Assembly: GCA_963848295.1 (NCBI GenBank)
Contig: CAWKDB010000002.1
Span: 1,216,001 to 1,280,000, forward strand
Direction of reading: 5' to 3'
DNA length: 64,000 nt
DNA from: an uncultured delta proteobacterium
GTDB lineage: Bacteria; Myxococcota_A; Polyangia; Haliangiales; Haliangiaceae
Made by a program: the position numbers and the translations under genes. Positions 31,881 to 43,618 of the stretch are shown piece after piece. Position 1 is the first letter of the stretch; each line of letters starts with the position of its first letter. A model generated the notes under the pieces. The model did no database searches and was not told the origin of the DNA. It saw nothing but the letters and a program-made list of their open reading frames with translations.

Positions 31881-32486
31881 CTAGGACGGCGCGCTAGGGG
31901 TCTCGATCAAGCCGTAGTTGCCGTCCTCGCGCTTATAGACGACCGCGACGCGTCCGTCGGTGTCGCTGCGAAATACGAGGAACGGCTCGTGCAGCAGGTT
32001 GAGCTGGACGATCGCGTCCGACACCGACATCGGTTGCGCATGGAACTTCTCGGTCTTGACGACCTTGAAGTCGGGCTCGGCGCCCTCGCTCGCGACCCTC
32101 GAGTGACCGTTCGTGGGCTTGCCGTCGATCTCGGCGAACGCCTCGTCGATGATCGAGTGTGACCACGGCAGCGCGACGACGTGGTGCGGGCGCGCGCGCA
32201 TGCCCTCGAGCTTGCCCTTGTACTTGCGGACCTGGCGCTCGATCTTCGCGATGCAAAGGTCGATCGAGCTGTACATGTTCTCGGTGATCTCGCTGCCCGC
32301 GATCGCCAAGCCGTTGTGGAGCTGGAAGCTCACGTCGATGCGGTGATGGTGACGTTCCGTGGAGAGTACGACGTGACACGCGATCGGATCTGGCAGGTAC
32401 TTGCGCACTCGCTCCATGCGCTCTTTTGCGTACGACTTCAGTGCCTCGGTCGGTTCCATATGGCGGAACGTCACCGCGAATTGCAT
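31881..32486 (-). CDS. hpf: Ribosome hibernation promoting factor (long HPF)
   Basis: VTFRHMEPTEALKSY, MYSSID..KIERQVRKYK, C-terminal PMSVSDA..VVYKREDGNYGLIE. Confidence 0.93.
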   Translation of the reverse strand: MQFAVTFRHMEPTEALKSYAKERMERVRKYLPDPIACHVVLSTERHHHRIDVSFQLHNGLAIAGSEITENMYSSIDLCIAKIERQVRKYKGKLEGMRARPHHVVALPWSHSIIDEAFAEIDGKPTNGHSRVASEGAEPDFKVVKTEKFHAQPMSVSDAIVQLNLLHEPFLVFRSDTDGRVAVVYKREDGNYGLIETPSAPS

Positions 32487-32593
32487 CGAGTCCTCCTGGT
32501 GGTTCGACTCGATTGTACCGCCGCCGCCGCCCCGAAGTGCCCTCGTTACGCGCCGTAGTTTCGACAGCGTGGCGAGTGTACTCGACTTCTCTG

Positions 32594-33250
32594 CTAGCGG
32601 CCGAACACGAGGCCCATATCGAACATCACGCTGCGATCGATGCCGGTCGGTGGCGTCGGGTATGTACATGGGCCGCCGCACTGCGACGAGGTCGCGACGT
32701 TGTCGCGCGACGCGAGCGTGAAGCGCATCCCGAAGGTCATGCCGCCGTGGCTGTCCCCGAAGTGCATGAGCTCCGTGCCGAAGCCAAGCGACAAGTCCGG
32801 CCGCCACCACACGCCGCCGGCGTCCCATTGCCACGCCTCGACGCCCGGGCCGGCCTCGATGTAGAGATCGGCGAACAGGCCGTCGGGGGCGTCGTAGGCA
32901 TGGCCGAACATCCAGCGCGCATTCGCGCCCAGGCGGTGCATCAGCCCGCGCCCATCGCCGGTCTCCGGCACGCCGCCGCGAGCGGCCAGCACCGGCTGCG
33001 CCGGCACCGGGTACACCACCGACATCAGGTCGTACTCGGCCGCGAGCAACCACCGGCCGTGCCGCGCGCCGACCATCGCATAGCCCGGCACGTCGATCCC
33101 GGTGTCTTTGCCATCGGCGAAGAACGAGCCGAGCCGCATGCCGAGCAGGCCTTCGAGCCGCCAGCGCGGACTCTCGACCGGATCATCGGCGTGCGCGCCC
33201 CCTGCGGCGGCGAGCACGAACAGCACGGCGAGCGAGCCTGACCTCATCAT
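32594..33250 (-). CDS. Hypothetical exported protein, probable small beta-barrel
   Basis: Signal peptide; alternating beta-strands; C-terminal MFDMGLVFGR; start 33250 or 33286. Confidence 0.65.
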   Translation of the reverse strand: MMRSGSLAVLFVLAAAGGAHADDPVESPRWRLEGLLGMRLGSFFADGKDTGIDVPGYAMVGARHGRWLLAAEYDLMSVVYPVPAQPVLAARGGVPETGDGRGLMHRLGANARWMFGHAYDAPDGLFADLYIEAGPGVEAWQWDAGGVWWRPDLSLGFGTELMHFGDSHGGMTFGMRFTLASRDNVATSSQCGGPCTYPTPPTGIDRSVMFDMGLVFGR

Positions 33251-33345
33251 GTCCGTTCGGACGGCAGCTCGCGCCAGTCCGCGCATGAAGCGTTCGTTAG
33301 CGCGACCGCGCGAACCGGGGCAGACCGAAATCTCGGCTACGTCGC

Positions 33346-34839
33346 TTAGAAGACTTGCTTGCGCTTGCTCGAGCTCAGGATGCCGAGCTGCTCGCGATAC
33401 TTCGCGACCGTGCGGCGGGCGATGTCGATGCCGCCCTTCTTGAGCAGCTCGACGATCTTTTGATCGCTGTGCGGCCGCTTCGGATCCTCGGCAGTCACCA
33501 GCTCCTTGATCTTCGACTTCACCGCCTGCGACGCGAGGTCCTCGCCGTTGGTGCGCGAGATACCGCTGTTGAAGAAGAACTTCAGCTCGAAGATGCCCTG
33601 GGGCGTGTGGACGTACTTGCTCGTCGTCACGCGCGACACCGTCGACTCGTGCATGTCGATGTCTTCAGCGACGTCGCGCAAGATCAGCGGCTTGAGGTGT
33701 GCAATACCTTTGTCGAAGAACTCGCGCTGGAACTTCAGGATCGACTCGGCGACCTTGATGATCGTGCGCTGGCGTTGCTGGATCGACCGGATCAGCCACT
33801 GCGCCGACTTCAGCTTGTCCTGGACGTAGTCCTTGCTCGCCGCGCCGCCCGCCATCGCGTTCTTGTAGAACCCGCTGATCTTCAGCTTCGGGAGGCCGTC
33901 GTCGTTCGGCACGACGAAATACTTGTCGCCCACCTTGTGGATATAGACGTCGGGCGTGACGTAGTGCGGATCGTCGGTCGAGTATTGCCGGCCCGGCCGT
34001 GGATCGAAATCCATGATGACCTTCGCGGCCTCGTAGATCTCGTCGAGCGGCTGCTTCAGGTCGCGCGCGATCGCTTGATAGTTCTTCTTCTCGAGGTTGC
34101 CGAGGTGGCTGCGGATCATCTTCACGCACAGGTCGTCGTCCTGACCTGCGGCGATGCATTGGATCAACATGCACTCGGCGAGCGAGCGCGCGCCGATGCC
34201 CGTCGGATCGAAGCTCTGGATCTTTTCGAGCACCTGCTCGCACAGGACTGGATCGACGCCCATGTCCGCGGCCATCTCCTCGACCGGGGGATCCTTGAAG
34301 TAGCCGTCGGCGTCGATGTTGCCGATGATCGTCATCCCGATCTCGAGCTGCTCGGGCGGCAGGTCGGTCATCTTCAGCTGCCATGCGAGGTGATCGTGCA
34401 AGCTCGGCGGCTTGGTCAGCGTCGCTTCGAGCGACGGCAGCTCGTCGCCGTCCCCGCGGAACGCGGGCATCGGAGGGCCCATGCTGTAGTTGTCGAGATA
34501 GTTCTCCCAGTCGATCTCGGACACCGCCGCCGCGTCGCCCTTGATCTCGGACTGCGCGACCCCATCGACGACCGAGCCCTCGATCGGGGTTTCGGTCGCC
34601 CCTGCTCCCTCGAGCTGGTGGAGCTGTTGCTCCTCGCCACCCATCTCGTCGCGCTCGCGGCTGCGCTCGTTCTCGAGGTCCATCTCGTCGTCGAGAATGG
34701 GGTTGTCGAGCATCTCGTCATGCACGAGATCGGCCAATTCCATTCGGCTCAGCTGAAGCAGGCGGATCGCCTGTTGCAGCTGCGGTGTCATCACCAGCTG
34801 CTGCGACAGCTTCAGTTCCTGGCGCATCTCCATCGCCAT
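33346..34839 (-). CDS. rpoN: RNA polymerase sigma-54 factor
   Basis: MTPQLQQAIRLLQLS, MHESTVSR and RpoN box ARRTVAKYRE. Confidence 0.98.
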   Translation of the reverse strand: MAMEMRQELKLSQQLVMTPQLQQAIRLLQLSRMELADLVHDEMLDNPILDDEMDLENERSRERDEMGGEEQQLHQLEGAGATETPIEGSVVDGVAQSEIKGDAAAVSEIDWENYLDNYSMGPPMPAFRGDGDELPSLEATLTKPPSLHDHLAWQLKMTDLPPEQLEIGMTIIGNIDADGYFKDPPVEEMAADMGVDPVLCEQVLEKIQSFDPTGIGARSLAECMLIQCIAAGQDDDLCVKMIRSHLGNLEKKNYQAIARDLKQPLDEIYEAAKVIMDFDPRPGRQYSTDDPHYVTPDVYIHKVGDKYFVVPNDDGLPKLKISGFYKNAMAGGAASKDYVQDKLKSAQWLIRSIQQRQRTIIKVAESILKFQREFFDKGIAHLKPLILRDVAEDIDMHESTVSRVTTSKYVHTPQGIFELKFFFNSGISRTNGEDLASQAVKSKIKELVTAEDPKRPHSDQKIVELLKKGGIDIARRTVAKYREQLGILSSSKRKQVF

Positions 34840-34999
34840 CGGAAACTCCTTTGGAAAATCAGGCCTTATCGAACCGACATGGGCGATGAAACATCGCTGG
34901 TACGTCGCTTGAAAGGAAGCCTGACACCAAAGCCCCAAGGTGTAAAGGGCCAATGGCCCGCGTCTTGCTGTAGGTCCGCGGGCGAGCGGTGCTGAGCCG

Positions 35000-36657
<1,658 letters not shown>

Positions 36658-36713
36658 CTACCCGATCGGGAACGGCAAACACAACCGGTTCTAAGATCCC
36701 GGTGGTTTTGCCG

Positions 36714-36812
36714 GAGAAATTGATCAACCAAGAACAGGCAACAGGCAACGGGCAATGGGAGATCCGGCATTGCCTGTTGCCTGTTGCCTGTTGATCAATT
36801 GATCAATTTCTC
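36714..36812. repeat. ~100-bp nested palindrome built from heptamer repeats
   Basis: GAGAAATTGATCAA (36714-36727) / TTGATCAATTTCTC (36799-36812); inner arms 36733-36757 / 36768-36792 of (CAGGCAA)n / (TTGCCTG)n. Confidence 0.9.
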
Positions 36813-38335
36813 TAACCTAGTTGCCGGCGCCAGCCCGAGATCTCCGTCGAGGCCGCGCCGTTGCTGGCCGGCGCGACCGTCACGCGCGCCGCGGGACTCG
36901 ACGTACCCGCAGCGAGCGCCGCGGCGATCACCATCGCGTCGAGCTCGGCGGCATCGGCGCGTGGCTTGAGCGCGGCGGCGTGGCGCGCGATAAATCCGGT
37001 GTCGTAGTCGCCCTCGACGAACGACGCGTGGCGCACACAGCGGCGATGGAATGCCAAGTTTGTCGCGATGCCGCGCACCTGATACTCGTCGAGCGCGCGC
37101 CGCATCCGGGCGAGGGCCTTCGCGCGATCATCGCCCCACACGACGAGCTTCGAGATCATCGGATCGTAGAACACCGAGATCTCCGCGCCCTCGTAGCAGC
37201 CGCTGTCGTTGCGCACGTACGGCCCGTCGGGCACGCGCAGGTGCGTGATCGTGCCGGGCGATGGCAGGAACTTCACCGGATCCTCGGCGTAGATCCGGCA
37301 CTCCATCGCGTGGCCGCGGCGGCGCGCATCGAGCTGATCCTGCGTCATCGGCAGCGGGTGGCCCTCGGCGACCTCGAGCTGCCACGCGACGAGGTCGATG
37401 CCGTAGACCAGCTCGGTCACCGGATGCTCGACCTGCAGCCGGGTGTTCATCTCCAAGAAATAGAATCCGCCGCCGTCGCCAAGCAGGAACTCGCACGTGC
37501 CGGCACCGACGTAGTCGACCGCACGCGCCGCCGCGATCGCCGCTGCGCCCATGCGCGCGCGCAGCTCGGCAGGCACGACCGGCGATGGCGATTCTTCGAT
37601 GACCTTTTGATGGCGGCGTTGGATCGAGCAGTCGCGCTCGCCGAGGTGCACGAGGTGGCCGTGGCGATCGCCAAAGATCTGGATCTCGATGTGGCGCGGT
37701 CGCTCGATCGCCTTCTCGAGGTAGACCGTGCCATCGCCGAACGCCGCGGTCGCCTCACGCCGCGCGCCGTCGAAAGCAGCGGTGAATTCGCCCTCGGCGG
37801 CGACCAACCGCATGCCTTTGCCGCCGCCGCCGGCGGCCGCTTTGATAAGTACCGGAAAGCCGATCTTCTTCGCCGCCACCACCGCCTGGTCGGCGGTCGG
37901 AAAGCCATCGCCGGCCGGGCCGTTGTCTCCCGGTACGACCGGCGTGCCTGCGGCGGTCACCGTCTTGCGCGCTTCGGTCTTGCTGCCCATCTTTCGCATC
38001 GCGTCGGCCGACGGGCCGATAAACGTGATCCCGGCGGCGGTGCACGCCTCGGCGAAGTCCTCGTTCTCAGACAGAAAGCCGTAGCCGGGGTGAACCGCGT
38101 CGGCGCCCGCTTGCTTACATGCAGCGATGATCTTGTCGATCACGAGGTAGCTCTGTGCGGCAGGTGCCGGGCCGATCGCGATCGCGGCGTCGGCGAGCTG
38201 GACGTGGGGCGCGAGCCGGTCGGCGTCGCTGTAAACGGCGACGGTTTCGACGCCGCGTTCCTTGCATGTGCGCATGACGCGGACGGCGATCTCGCCTCGG
38301 TTGGCGACGAGCACGCGCTTGATCGGGCGAATCAT
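36812..38335 (-). CDS. Biotin carboxylase subunit (acetyl/propionyl-CoA carboxylase)
   Basis: VLVANRGEIA, HPGYGFLSEN, GGGGKGMR, ERDCSIQRRHQK and EMNTRLQVEHPVTE. Confidence 0.95.
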   Translation of the reverse strand: MIRPIKRVLVANRGEIAVRVMRTCKERGVETVAVYSDADRLAPHVQLADAAIAIGPAPAAQSYLVIDKIIAACKQAGADAVHPGYGFLSENEDFAEACTAAGITFIGPSADAMRKMGSKTEARKTVTAAGTPVVPGDNGPAGDGFPTADQAVVAAKKIGFPVLIKAAAGGGGKGMRLVAAEGEFTAAFDGARREATAAFGDGTVYLEKAIERPRHIEIQIFGDRHGHLVHLGERDCSIQRRHQKVIEESPSPVVPAELRARMGAAAIAAARAVDYVGAGTCEFLLGDGGGFYFLEMNTRLQVEHPVTELVYGIDLVAWQLEVAEGHPLPMTQDQLDARRRGHAMECRIYAEDPVKFLPSPGTITHLRVPDGPYVRNDSGCYEGAEISVFYDPMISKLVVWGDDRAKALARMRRALDEYQVRGIATNLAFHRRCVRHASFVEGDYDTGFIARHAAALKPRADAAELDAMVIAAALAAGTSSPAARVTVAPASNGAASTEISGWRRQLG

Positions 38336-38462
38336 CGCGCGGCACATTACCAGTGGTTGGCGGGTAGCGCGTTGCATCAGGGGCGCCGGGGCCTTAGAAT
38401 CGAGGCGAATCGGCGTCTTGCGCTGCTTGAGGGAGCAGTGAAGGCGCCGCTGGGAGAACGCC

Positions 38463-40508
38463 TTGGTCGATCCAAATACCCGTCAGGGGAAACGCACGCC
38501 GGTCACGCTCAAGATCAAGTTCAAGAGCGAGACGCTGGAGCAGTTCATCGAACGCTATGCGGTCGATGTTAGCCAAGGCGGCATCTTCATCCGCACGAAA
38601 GAGCCGCTCGCGGTCGGCACGCAGATGAAGTTCGAGTTCCAGCTCAAGGATGCGTCGCCGTTGATCGCAGGCGAAGGCACGGTGGTGTGGACGCGCGAGA
38701 ACGATCCGAGCCGGCCGGCGATCGCGCCGGGGATGGGCGTGCGCTTCGATCGGCTCGCCGACGGCAGCCAGCCGGTGCTCGAGCGCATCCTCGCCGAGAA
38801 GGCGAAGCAAGCGCCGCAGCGGTCCCAGGCCGAGGCGACCAAGCCGCCGATGTTCACCGACACGCCGACGCGGGTCGCACCGATCCCGACCGATCCGCTC
38901 CAGCACAAGAGCGGGCCGACCCGCAAACGCTCGGACTCCGAGAAAACACCGTTGCCGCGGCCGATGCCGTTCCACTCCGACGCCGACGAGTTTCCCGAGG
39001 AGGCGTTCGAAGAGGCCACGAAGGTGCGAGCACTCGACGAGCTCGTCGCCGCCACGATGGATCCGGGCAACGAGACCGCGATCATGCCGCCGGACGAGCT
39101 CGCACAACGCCGCACGACGTCGGGCCGCGCAGACTCGACGCTCGCCGATCCGCCGACTGCCGTGACCGCGCCCGAACCGAGCGGCCGGACGCCGAGGATG
39201 CTCGACACCTCGCCGTCGCCGCGCACCGAAGCGGTGGGCCGCTCGGCGCCGACGGCATCGACCCCGCCGGACAATCAAGCGAAGACTCGACTCGGGATCG
39301 AACCGGCGAAGGCCGACACCAGTCGACCGATCGCGGTCGCGAAGGATCCGCCGTTCGCACGCAATCGCGAGAGCAAGGCGCCGCCGATCACGATCCCCGA
39401 GCCCGCGCCGCCGCCGGCGAAGCAGCCGAGCTCCGCGCCGATCGTCATCGGTATCCTGGTCGTCGTCGCGGGCGCGCTCGCCGCCGGCTGGTATTTCTTC
39501 CTGCGCGAGAACGTGGTCGACAATAACCGCGCGACGACCTCGGCCAACAACGGCTCCGCGATCGCGAATGGCAGCACCACCGGCTCGAACGCGATGACGC
39601 CGGACAACGGCTCGAACACCGCGAACGGCTCGAACACCGCGAACGGCTCGAACACCGCGAACGACTCGAACACCGCGAACGGCTCGAACACCGCGAACGG
39701 CTCGAACACCACGGTCGCCGATACCGGCAGCAACGGCTCCGCGGCACATCCGATGACTGGCTCGAATGCGGCGGTCCACCCGCCGACGGCGCCGATGGTC
39801 GACACCTCGATCACCGCGTCGGTCGACAAAGCCAAGATCACGATCAGCGGCGCGAACAAGAGCGGCGCGTCGCCGTTCACGGCGAAGCTCGAGAAGGGCA
39901 AGCAGTACATGGTCCGCGTCGAGGCGCCCGGCTACGTCGCGCTCGATCTCGACGTCACGGCCGGCGACAAGGCGACCGCCAAGCTCGTCGCGAAGCCGCA
40001 CGTCGTGACCGTGACGAGCACGCCGTCGGGCGCGACGATCTACATCGACGGTGTTCCGACCGGCAAGCAGACGCCGTCGGACGTCGAGCTGTCGAAGGCG
40101 CAGGCCGCCAGAGGCCACGTCAAGATCCAGTTCCGCAAGTCCGGTTATAGGCCGGTCGATCAGGTGCTCGCGGCGGCCGCGTTCACCGACGACGACACCA
40201 AGTCATCCGCGGCGGCCGATGCCAAGCTCGTGGTCGCGCCCGTGGTCGTGGTCCAGCATCCACCGACGACCGCCGGTAGCGGCGCGGGCTCGGGCTCGGG
40301 TTCGGCGACCGCGGTGACACCCGACGGCCAGGGCAGCGCCGCGACGCCGGACAAGGGTAGCGGGGCCGCGCCAGACAAAGACAAAGACAAAGACAAAGAC
40401 AAAGACAACAACGGTGGTGGCGCTGGCAGCGGCCCCGTGACGACCCCGAGCGGCGCTACGGCAGGCTCGGCGGCAGAGCCCGAGCCCGACTTCAACAAGC
40501 TGAAGTAG
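38463..40508 (+). CDS. TIGR02266-type (myxococcal PilZ-like) protein with TM, repeat stalk and PEGA-like domains
   Basis: RQGKRTP..FIERYAVDVSQGGIFI..GTVVWTR..PGMGVRF; TM; VTSTPSGATIYIDG..TP. Confidence 0.85.
   Translation: MVDPNTRQGKRTPVTLKIKFKSETLEQFIERYAVDVSQGGIFIRTKEPLAVGTQMKFEFQLKDASPLIAGEGTVVWTRENDPSRPAIAPGMGVRFDRLADGSQPVLERILAEKAKQAPQRSQAEATKPPMFTDTPTRVAPIPTDPLQHKSGPTRKRSDSEKTPLPRPMPFHSDADEFPEEAFEEATKVRALDELVAATMDPGNETAIMPPDELAQRRTTSGRADSTLADPPTAVTAPEPSGRTPRMLDTSPSPRTEAVGRSAPTASTPPDNQAKTRLGIEPAKADTSRPIAVAKDPPFARNRESKAPPITIPEPAPPPAKQPSSAPIVIGILVVVAGALAAGWYFFLRENVVDNNRATTSANNGSAIANGSTTGSNAMTPDNGSNTANGSNTANGSNTANDSNTANGSNTANGSNTTVADTGSNGSAAHPMTGSNAAVHPPTAPMVDTSITASVDKAKITISGANKSGASPFTAKLEKGKQYMVRVEAPGYVALDLDVTAGDKATAKLVAKPHVVTVTSTPSGATIYIDGVPTGKQTPSDVELSKAQAARGHVKIQFRKSGYRPVDQVLAAAAFTDDDTKSSAAADAKLVVAPVVVVQHPPTTAGSGAGSGSGSATAVTPDGQGSAATPDKGSGAAPDKDKDKDKDKDNNGGGAGSGPVTTPSGATAGSAAEPEPDFNKLK
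39606..39713 (+). repeat. Coding 18-bp tandem repeat x6 (NGSNTA)
   Basis: AACGGCTCGAACACCGCG units with two single-base variants. Confidence 0.95.
40374..40403 (+). repeat. Coding hexamer repeat (GACAAA)5 encoding DK
   Basis: Read directly from the sequence. Confidence 0.95.
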
Positions 40509-40510
40509 CG

Positions 40511-41215
40511 CTACCGGGTCACCGCATAGGTCCCCGGCGCGGTCACGAGCGAATCGGGGAGCTGTGCCGCGAGCGCGGGTGCGATCGCCGGATGCTGCGC
40601 TGCCGATACGGTGATCGTGCCGTCGTCGTGCAGCTCGATCGGACGGTTCCAGTCGAACTCGCGCCAGCTCGCGGGCGTCCAGCTCGCGGTGCGAGGGTGG
40701 CACGCGGCGCGCCCGGCCACCGGCAGTGGCCGCGAGCACGTCGCATCGGCAACACCGCGCCGGCACACGACCTCGAGGCCGGTGCAGTAAAACCACTCGC
40801 GCTCGCCGGTTCGATGAAAGCCCGCTTGGATCGCGCGCAGCACGATCCACGAGCCGTGCTCGACGAGATCGACGACGACGTACGTGTCCTTTAGATTATC
40901 GTGCAGCACCCAGTCGGGATCGTCTCCGCCGTGGTAGAGGTCGCCCAGCACGCGATCGACCAGCCAGCCGTGCTCGGTCTGCAGCGCGACGAACGAGCTC
41001 TTGCGCGAGCCATCGCTGATCGTCAGCACCGCGGCATGGTCACTGCGCGGCCCGACCGTCAGCGTCTCGCCCGCGTACGAGCCGTCGTGTTGCAGATCAG
41101 ACACGAAGTCTGGGAACGAGCGGTACGGTCCGTCGAGCGCGACGCCGATCGAGGCCGGCGAATCGGCGCGGGCCGTGGCTGCCGCGATCGCGACCAAGCA
41201 GGTGACGCGCCACAT
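40511..41215 (-). CDS. Hypothetical secreted protein
   Basis: Signal peptide MWRVTCLVAIAAATARA; 234 aa. Confidence 0.65.
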   Translation of the reverse strand: MWRVTCLVAIAAATARADSPASIGVALDGPYRSFPDFVSDLQHDGSYAGETLTVGPRSDHAAVLTISDGSRKSSFVALQTEHGWLVDRVLGDLYHGGDDPDWVLHDNLKDTYVVVDLVEHGSWIVLRAIQAGFHRTGEREWFYCTGLEVVCRRGVADATCSRPLPVAGRAACHPRTASWTPASWREFDWNRPIELHDDGTITVSAAQHPAIAPALAAQLPDSLVTAPGTYAVTR

Positions 41216-41247
41216 CCCACCGCTAACGGCCGCTCCGAGGACTTTAT

Positions 41248-42466
41248 TCACATCGCCTTCAGCCACTTCGCGGGGTCGCCGACTCGCGGGCGCTCGCCGC
41301 CGCGCACGAGGTAGCGCACCGCCGCGGCGAGCCCGTCGAGCGTCAGCTGCCACATCGGGAACACGCTCGCGATCACCTCGATCGTCGAACTCGCCCAGAA
41401 TCGATCCGGCTCCGGGTTGAGCCACGCCGCGCTGCGGAAGTGCGCCGCGAGCCGACGCAGCCACTCGATGCCGGACGCGCGATTTTGCGAGTACAGATAC
41501 ATCGAGCCGCCCGGATCGAGCAGCTCGGCCGGATGCATCAACGCGTCGCCGACGATCACGAGCTTCTCCTCGCGCGAGCTGTTCGACAACAAGTCGGCGA
41601 CCGGCACCGACCTGCGCAGCTGCGCGTCCTCGTACACCGCGTTGTAGACGCAGTTGTGAAAGTAGTAGCTGCGAAACTTCGCGAACCGGCCGGCGCGCGA
41701 CGCCGCGGTGAACAGCCGGCTGACGAGCTCGGCATGTGGATCCATCGAGCCGCCGACGTCCATCAGCAGCACGACCTTGACGCGATTGCGCCGCGGCGGC
41801 CGGAACACGATGTCGATCTCGCCGCCGTTCTTGCATGTCTTGTCGACGGTTTCGTCGAGGTCGAGCTCCTCGATCGCGCCTTCGCGGCCGAGCCGGCGCA
41901 AGCCGCGCAAGGCGACGTCGATCTGGCGGACGTCGAGCACGATGTCGCGGCGATACTCTCGAAACAGCCGCTGATCCGCGACCGCCATCGCGCTGCGGCC
42001 CCCGCCCGCGCCGACCCGCATCCCGGTCGGGTGCTTGCCGTTCGAGCCGAACGGCGACGTCCCGCCGGTGCCGATCCAGCGGTTGCCGCCGTCGTGACGC
42101 TCTTGCTGTTCCTTGAGCCGTTGCTCGAACAGCTCGCGCAGCTTATCGAAGTCGAGCTCGCGCAGCGCCGCGCGCTGCTCGGGCGTGAGCTGGTCGAGCG
42201 CGCGCGGATCGTTGAGCCAGCCGCGCAATTGTTCGGTCAGCTCGATCGCGGAGATGTGGATGTCTTTGAAGTACGCGAGGAACGCTTCGTCGTACGCGTC
42301 GTACAACGCGATGTCCTTGACGCAGATCGTGCGGCACAGTCGATAGAACCCATCGACCGAGCTGTCGTGCAAGCCCGAGCGCGAGCGCCTCCATCAGCGC
42401 CATCCACTCGTGGGTCGACACCGGGATCTTCCTCGCGCGCAGCTCGAACAGGAAGTCGATCAGCAC
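41248..42466 (-). CDS. VWA/CoxE-like protein, partner of MoxR (frameshift near 42375)
   Basis: N-terminus [10 protein letters not shown] in one frame; [26 protein letters not shown] and VGDALMHP in another. Confidence 0.88.
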
Positions 42467-42469
42467 GCG

Positions 42470-43298
42470 CTACGCCTTCGCTCGTTTCTGCAACAGCTCG
42501 ACGTCCGCTTCGGTCTTGAGCAGCGTGCCGAGGAACGGAATGCCGCCGCCGATCCGCGCGAGATCGACGCCGGACTTCTTGAGCGCGCTGATCCAATCGA
42601 TCAGCTCCGAGGTCGACGGCTTCTTGCGCAGCTTCGGCGTCGCGCGCAAGCCGAAGAACAGCTCGAGCGTCTGATCGAGCACGCGATCGCTGAGATCCGG
42701 ATGATGGACGCGCACGATCTCGGTCATCAGCGCGCGATCCGGGAACTGGATGTAGTGGAACACGCAACGCCGCAGGAACGCGTCGGGCAATTCCTTCTCG
42801 TTGTTCGACGTGATGACCACGATCGGCCGCTCGCGCGCGGCGATCTCGCGCCCGGTCTCGTCGATCTTGAACCGCATCGCGTCGAGCTCGAGCAGCAGAT
42901 CGTTGGGGAACTCGAGATCGGCTTTGTCGATCTCGTCGATCAGCAGCACGACGCGATGGTCGGCGGCGAGCGCCTCGCCGAGCGGGCCGAGCTTGATGTA
43001 GTGCGCGATGTCCTTCACGTCGCCGCCACCGAACCGCGAGTCGTGGAGCCGCGCGACCGTGTCGTAGAGGTAGAGGCCGTCCTTGGCCTTCGTCGTCGAC
43101 TTGACGTGCCAGCGCAGCAACGGCAACCCGAGCGAGGCCGCGAGGTTCTCCGCGAGCAGCGTCTTGCCGGTGCCGGGCTCGCCGCGGACGAGCAGCGGCC
43201 GAGCGAGCGCGACCGCGACGTTGACCGCATGCTCGCAGATCCTGCGACGCGATGTACGTGGCCGTGCCGGAGAACTGACTGAATTGCTCGTCGGACAT
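42470..43298 (-). CDS. MoxR-family AAA+ ATPase (frameshifted near the 5' end)
   Basis: GEPGTGKT (around 43160-43185), LLIDEIDKAD, TSNNEKELPDAFLRRC and KKPSTSEL. Confidence 0.9.
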
Positions 43299-43322
43299 CG
43301 TCCGCGAGCCTAGCAGAGCCGG

Positions 43323-43583
43323 CTACCGCCTGCGGCGGCCTTCGATATACGCATCGCCGATCGCGTAGAGGTGCGTGCCGAGATGGACGAGGCCGCAGAT
43401 ACCGCCGATGATCGGAAAGCCGCCGAGAAACGCCGCGCCGGTAGCGACCGCGACGACGAACACGCCGATCGCCTTGTCGGTCTCGCCGTTGATCAACTGG
43501 CCGACGCCGGGAATGACGGCGCTGGCCACTGCAGGCACGACCCCGCTGCCCCCGCTGCCACTCTTGACCAACTCGTTGCTCAT
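43323..43583 (-). CDS. Small membrane protein (IPGVGQL motif)
   Basis: 86 aa; AVASAVIPGVGQLING followed by TM helices. Confidence 0.7.
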   Translation of the reverse strand: MSNELVKSGSGGSGVVPAVASAVIPGVGQLINGETDKAIGVFVVAVATGAAFLGGFPIIGGICGLVHLGTHLYAIGDAYIEGRRRR

Positions 43584-43618
43584 GACCTGACTATGACCGA
43601 TTCGGTACGGGCGCGCAC

